Part shown: positions 62,701 to 64,000 of the stretch, piece after piece
Layout of the letters: each line of letters starts with the position of its first letter
How positions within the stretch are numbered: position 1 is the first letter of the stretch
Translations under genes and position numbers: made by a program
Assembly (NCBI GenBank): GCA_043228905.1
Contig: JBHGNT010000005.1
Coordinates: 372,001-436,000, forward strand
DNA length: 64,000 nt
Direction of reading: 5' to 3'
Origin: Azolla caroliniana
Lineage: Eukaryota > Plantae > Polypodiophyta
Notes under the pieces: model-generated
Told to the model about the DNA's origin: nothing
Seen by the model: only the letters and a program-made list of their open reading frames with translations
Database searches by the model: none

Positions 62701-63667
62701 GAGTTTATATATATGTAATGTATAGAGAGAGCCACACATGTATGTATGAATGTTCTCATGTATTATTATGTATGTAAGTACTTTTTTGTCATTATCTAGA
62801 CGTGTTAACCATGTATGTTTTTTGACATTGATGGAGGTTTTAATTATGTTTATGTATGTATTCTTTCATTTAACAAAATACATCACGTGACTAAAACCTC
62901 TAGATGATGTTAGATTGGTTATATATGCATGAGTACATATACATGTACATACATGCATTGCCTGCATACATATTACATTCAGCCACTCAGATGATTTGAG
63001 GTTGCAAGGTTCATGAACAATTCACAAAGGAAATGCAATGACATTGTTATATCCAACATCCATGAACATTATACACATCACACAAATTTGTTTTCACTTC
63101 TGTATTCTCAATGTTAGGAGCATCATTTTCATCATTTGTTGGGTGATCTAATACAATATTATCAAAATGCATTATTTAATGTAATTTAATTTCATCTTTC
63201 ATTAGGATGTATAAGAAGTTTCTTGAAGATTTGATATAATACAAGAACAACTTTCAAAGTGTAATGACACTCCCAAACCTTGCCTCATGTTTGTGAAACA
63301 TTCACTTTCTCATGACAAGATAAATTGACTATATAGTCTCATGACATGTAATGCATTAGCTTATATTTGAAGACCTCACCTCTTTGTCATCAATTCATTT
63401 TCCTGTGAGCGTATCAATATATGATTATCTCTTTTCAAGCTGTTTTCAATCAAATTCGACCACTAAGTCTTTGTGACTAAACTCAGGTGTCTTTGGCCTC
63501 CTTTGAAATCGAAATAAAAGAGTGACAAATGAATCCGACATCACACTTATGGTTGATTCTATCTACATTACTTATAAACATTCTCTCTTTCCATTGCTTA
63601 ACAGAGTTCTCTAAAAGATAGTCGGATTAGGTTCCAACTATTTATACCATAAAAATAGAATAATAAT

Positions 63668-64000
63668 TTAATCATAGTGAGTTGTTATTTCTGCTGTTGT
63701 CCTTAAAAATGAGGTTATCTTTTCAGTGTCAACTGGGTCAAATATCTCTTGGGCAATCTCTACATTACCATGTGTTTTACAATGACTCAACAAAGACCTC
63801 AACCCCACCACCTGTGGTCCAATGCAAGGCATAGAATGAAGAATCAAATAAGCTTGGAACAAGCATCCGGATCGAGCAAGAAGATCAGCAATGCAATAAT
63901 AATGCTCAACTGTTGGTTTCATACCATGATCAAACATCATAGATAGGAAGATATCATTGCCCCTATGAACTAAACCCAAATGACTACAACACGAAAGAAG
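63668..64000 (-). CDS. 3' end of a PLS-class PPR gene (5' part outside the window)
   Basis: LLSCCSHLGLVHRG...FLSMMFDHGMKPTVEHYYCIADLLARSGCLFQAY...MP...SLLSHCKTHGNVEIA matches the L2-S2-E1 motifs of PLS PPR proteins; frame open to the window edge. Confidence 0.88.
   Translation of the reverse strand, partial: LLSCCSHLGLVHRGNDIFLSMMFDHGMKPTVEHYYCIADLLARSGCLFQAYLILHSMPCIGPQVVGLRSLLSHCKTHGNVEIAQEIFDPVDTEKITSFLRTTAEITTHYD

Overview
Gene-dense, intron-containing nuclear DNA from a land plant (AT-rich introns, GT-AG splicing, CT/GA microsatellites, PPR genes; a fern-like lineage is a weak inference). Left to right: a glutaredoxin-like gene (+), two tandem RMA/RNF5-like RING E3 genes (-), a 15-exon DEAD-box helicase RH7/DDX21-like gene (+), a three-gene cluster derived from the USP-kinase-U-box family, a P-class PPR gene (+) inside that cluster, a long PH-RhoGAP gene (-), degenerate transposon remnants, tRNA-Thr(UGU) and the 3' end of a PLS-type PPR gene (-). 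The most notable observation is at 20.9-37.9 kb. The canonical USP-coiled coil-kinase-U-box architecture is spread over three neighbouring genes with complementary domain losses: a coiled coil-pseudokinase-U-box gene, a head-to-head USP-coiled coil-intact kinase gene lacking the U-box, and a stand-alone USP gene with conserved intron positions. Gene models were derived by eye; no searches were run.
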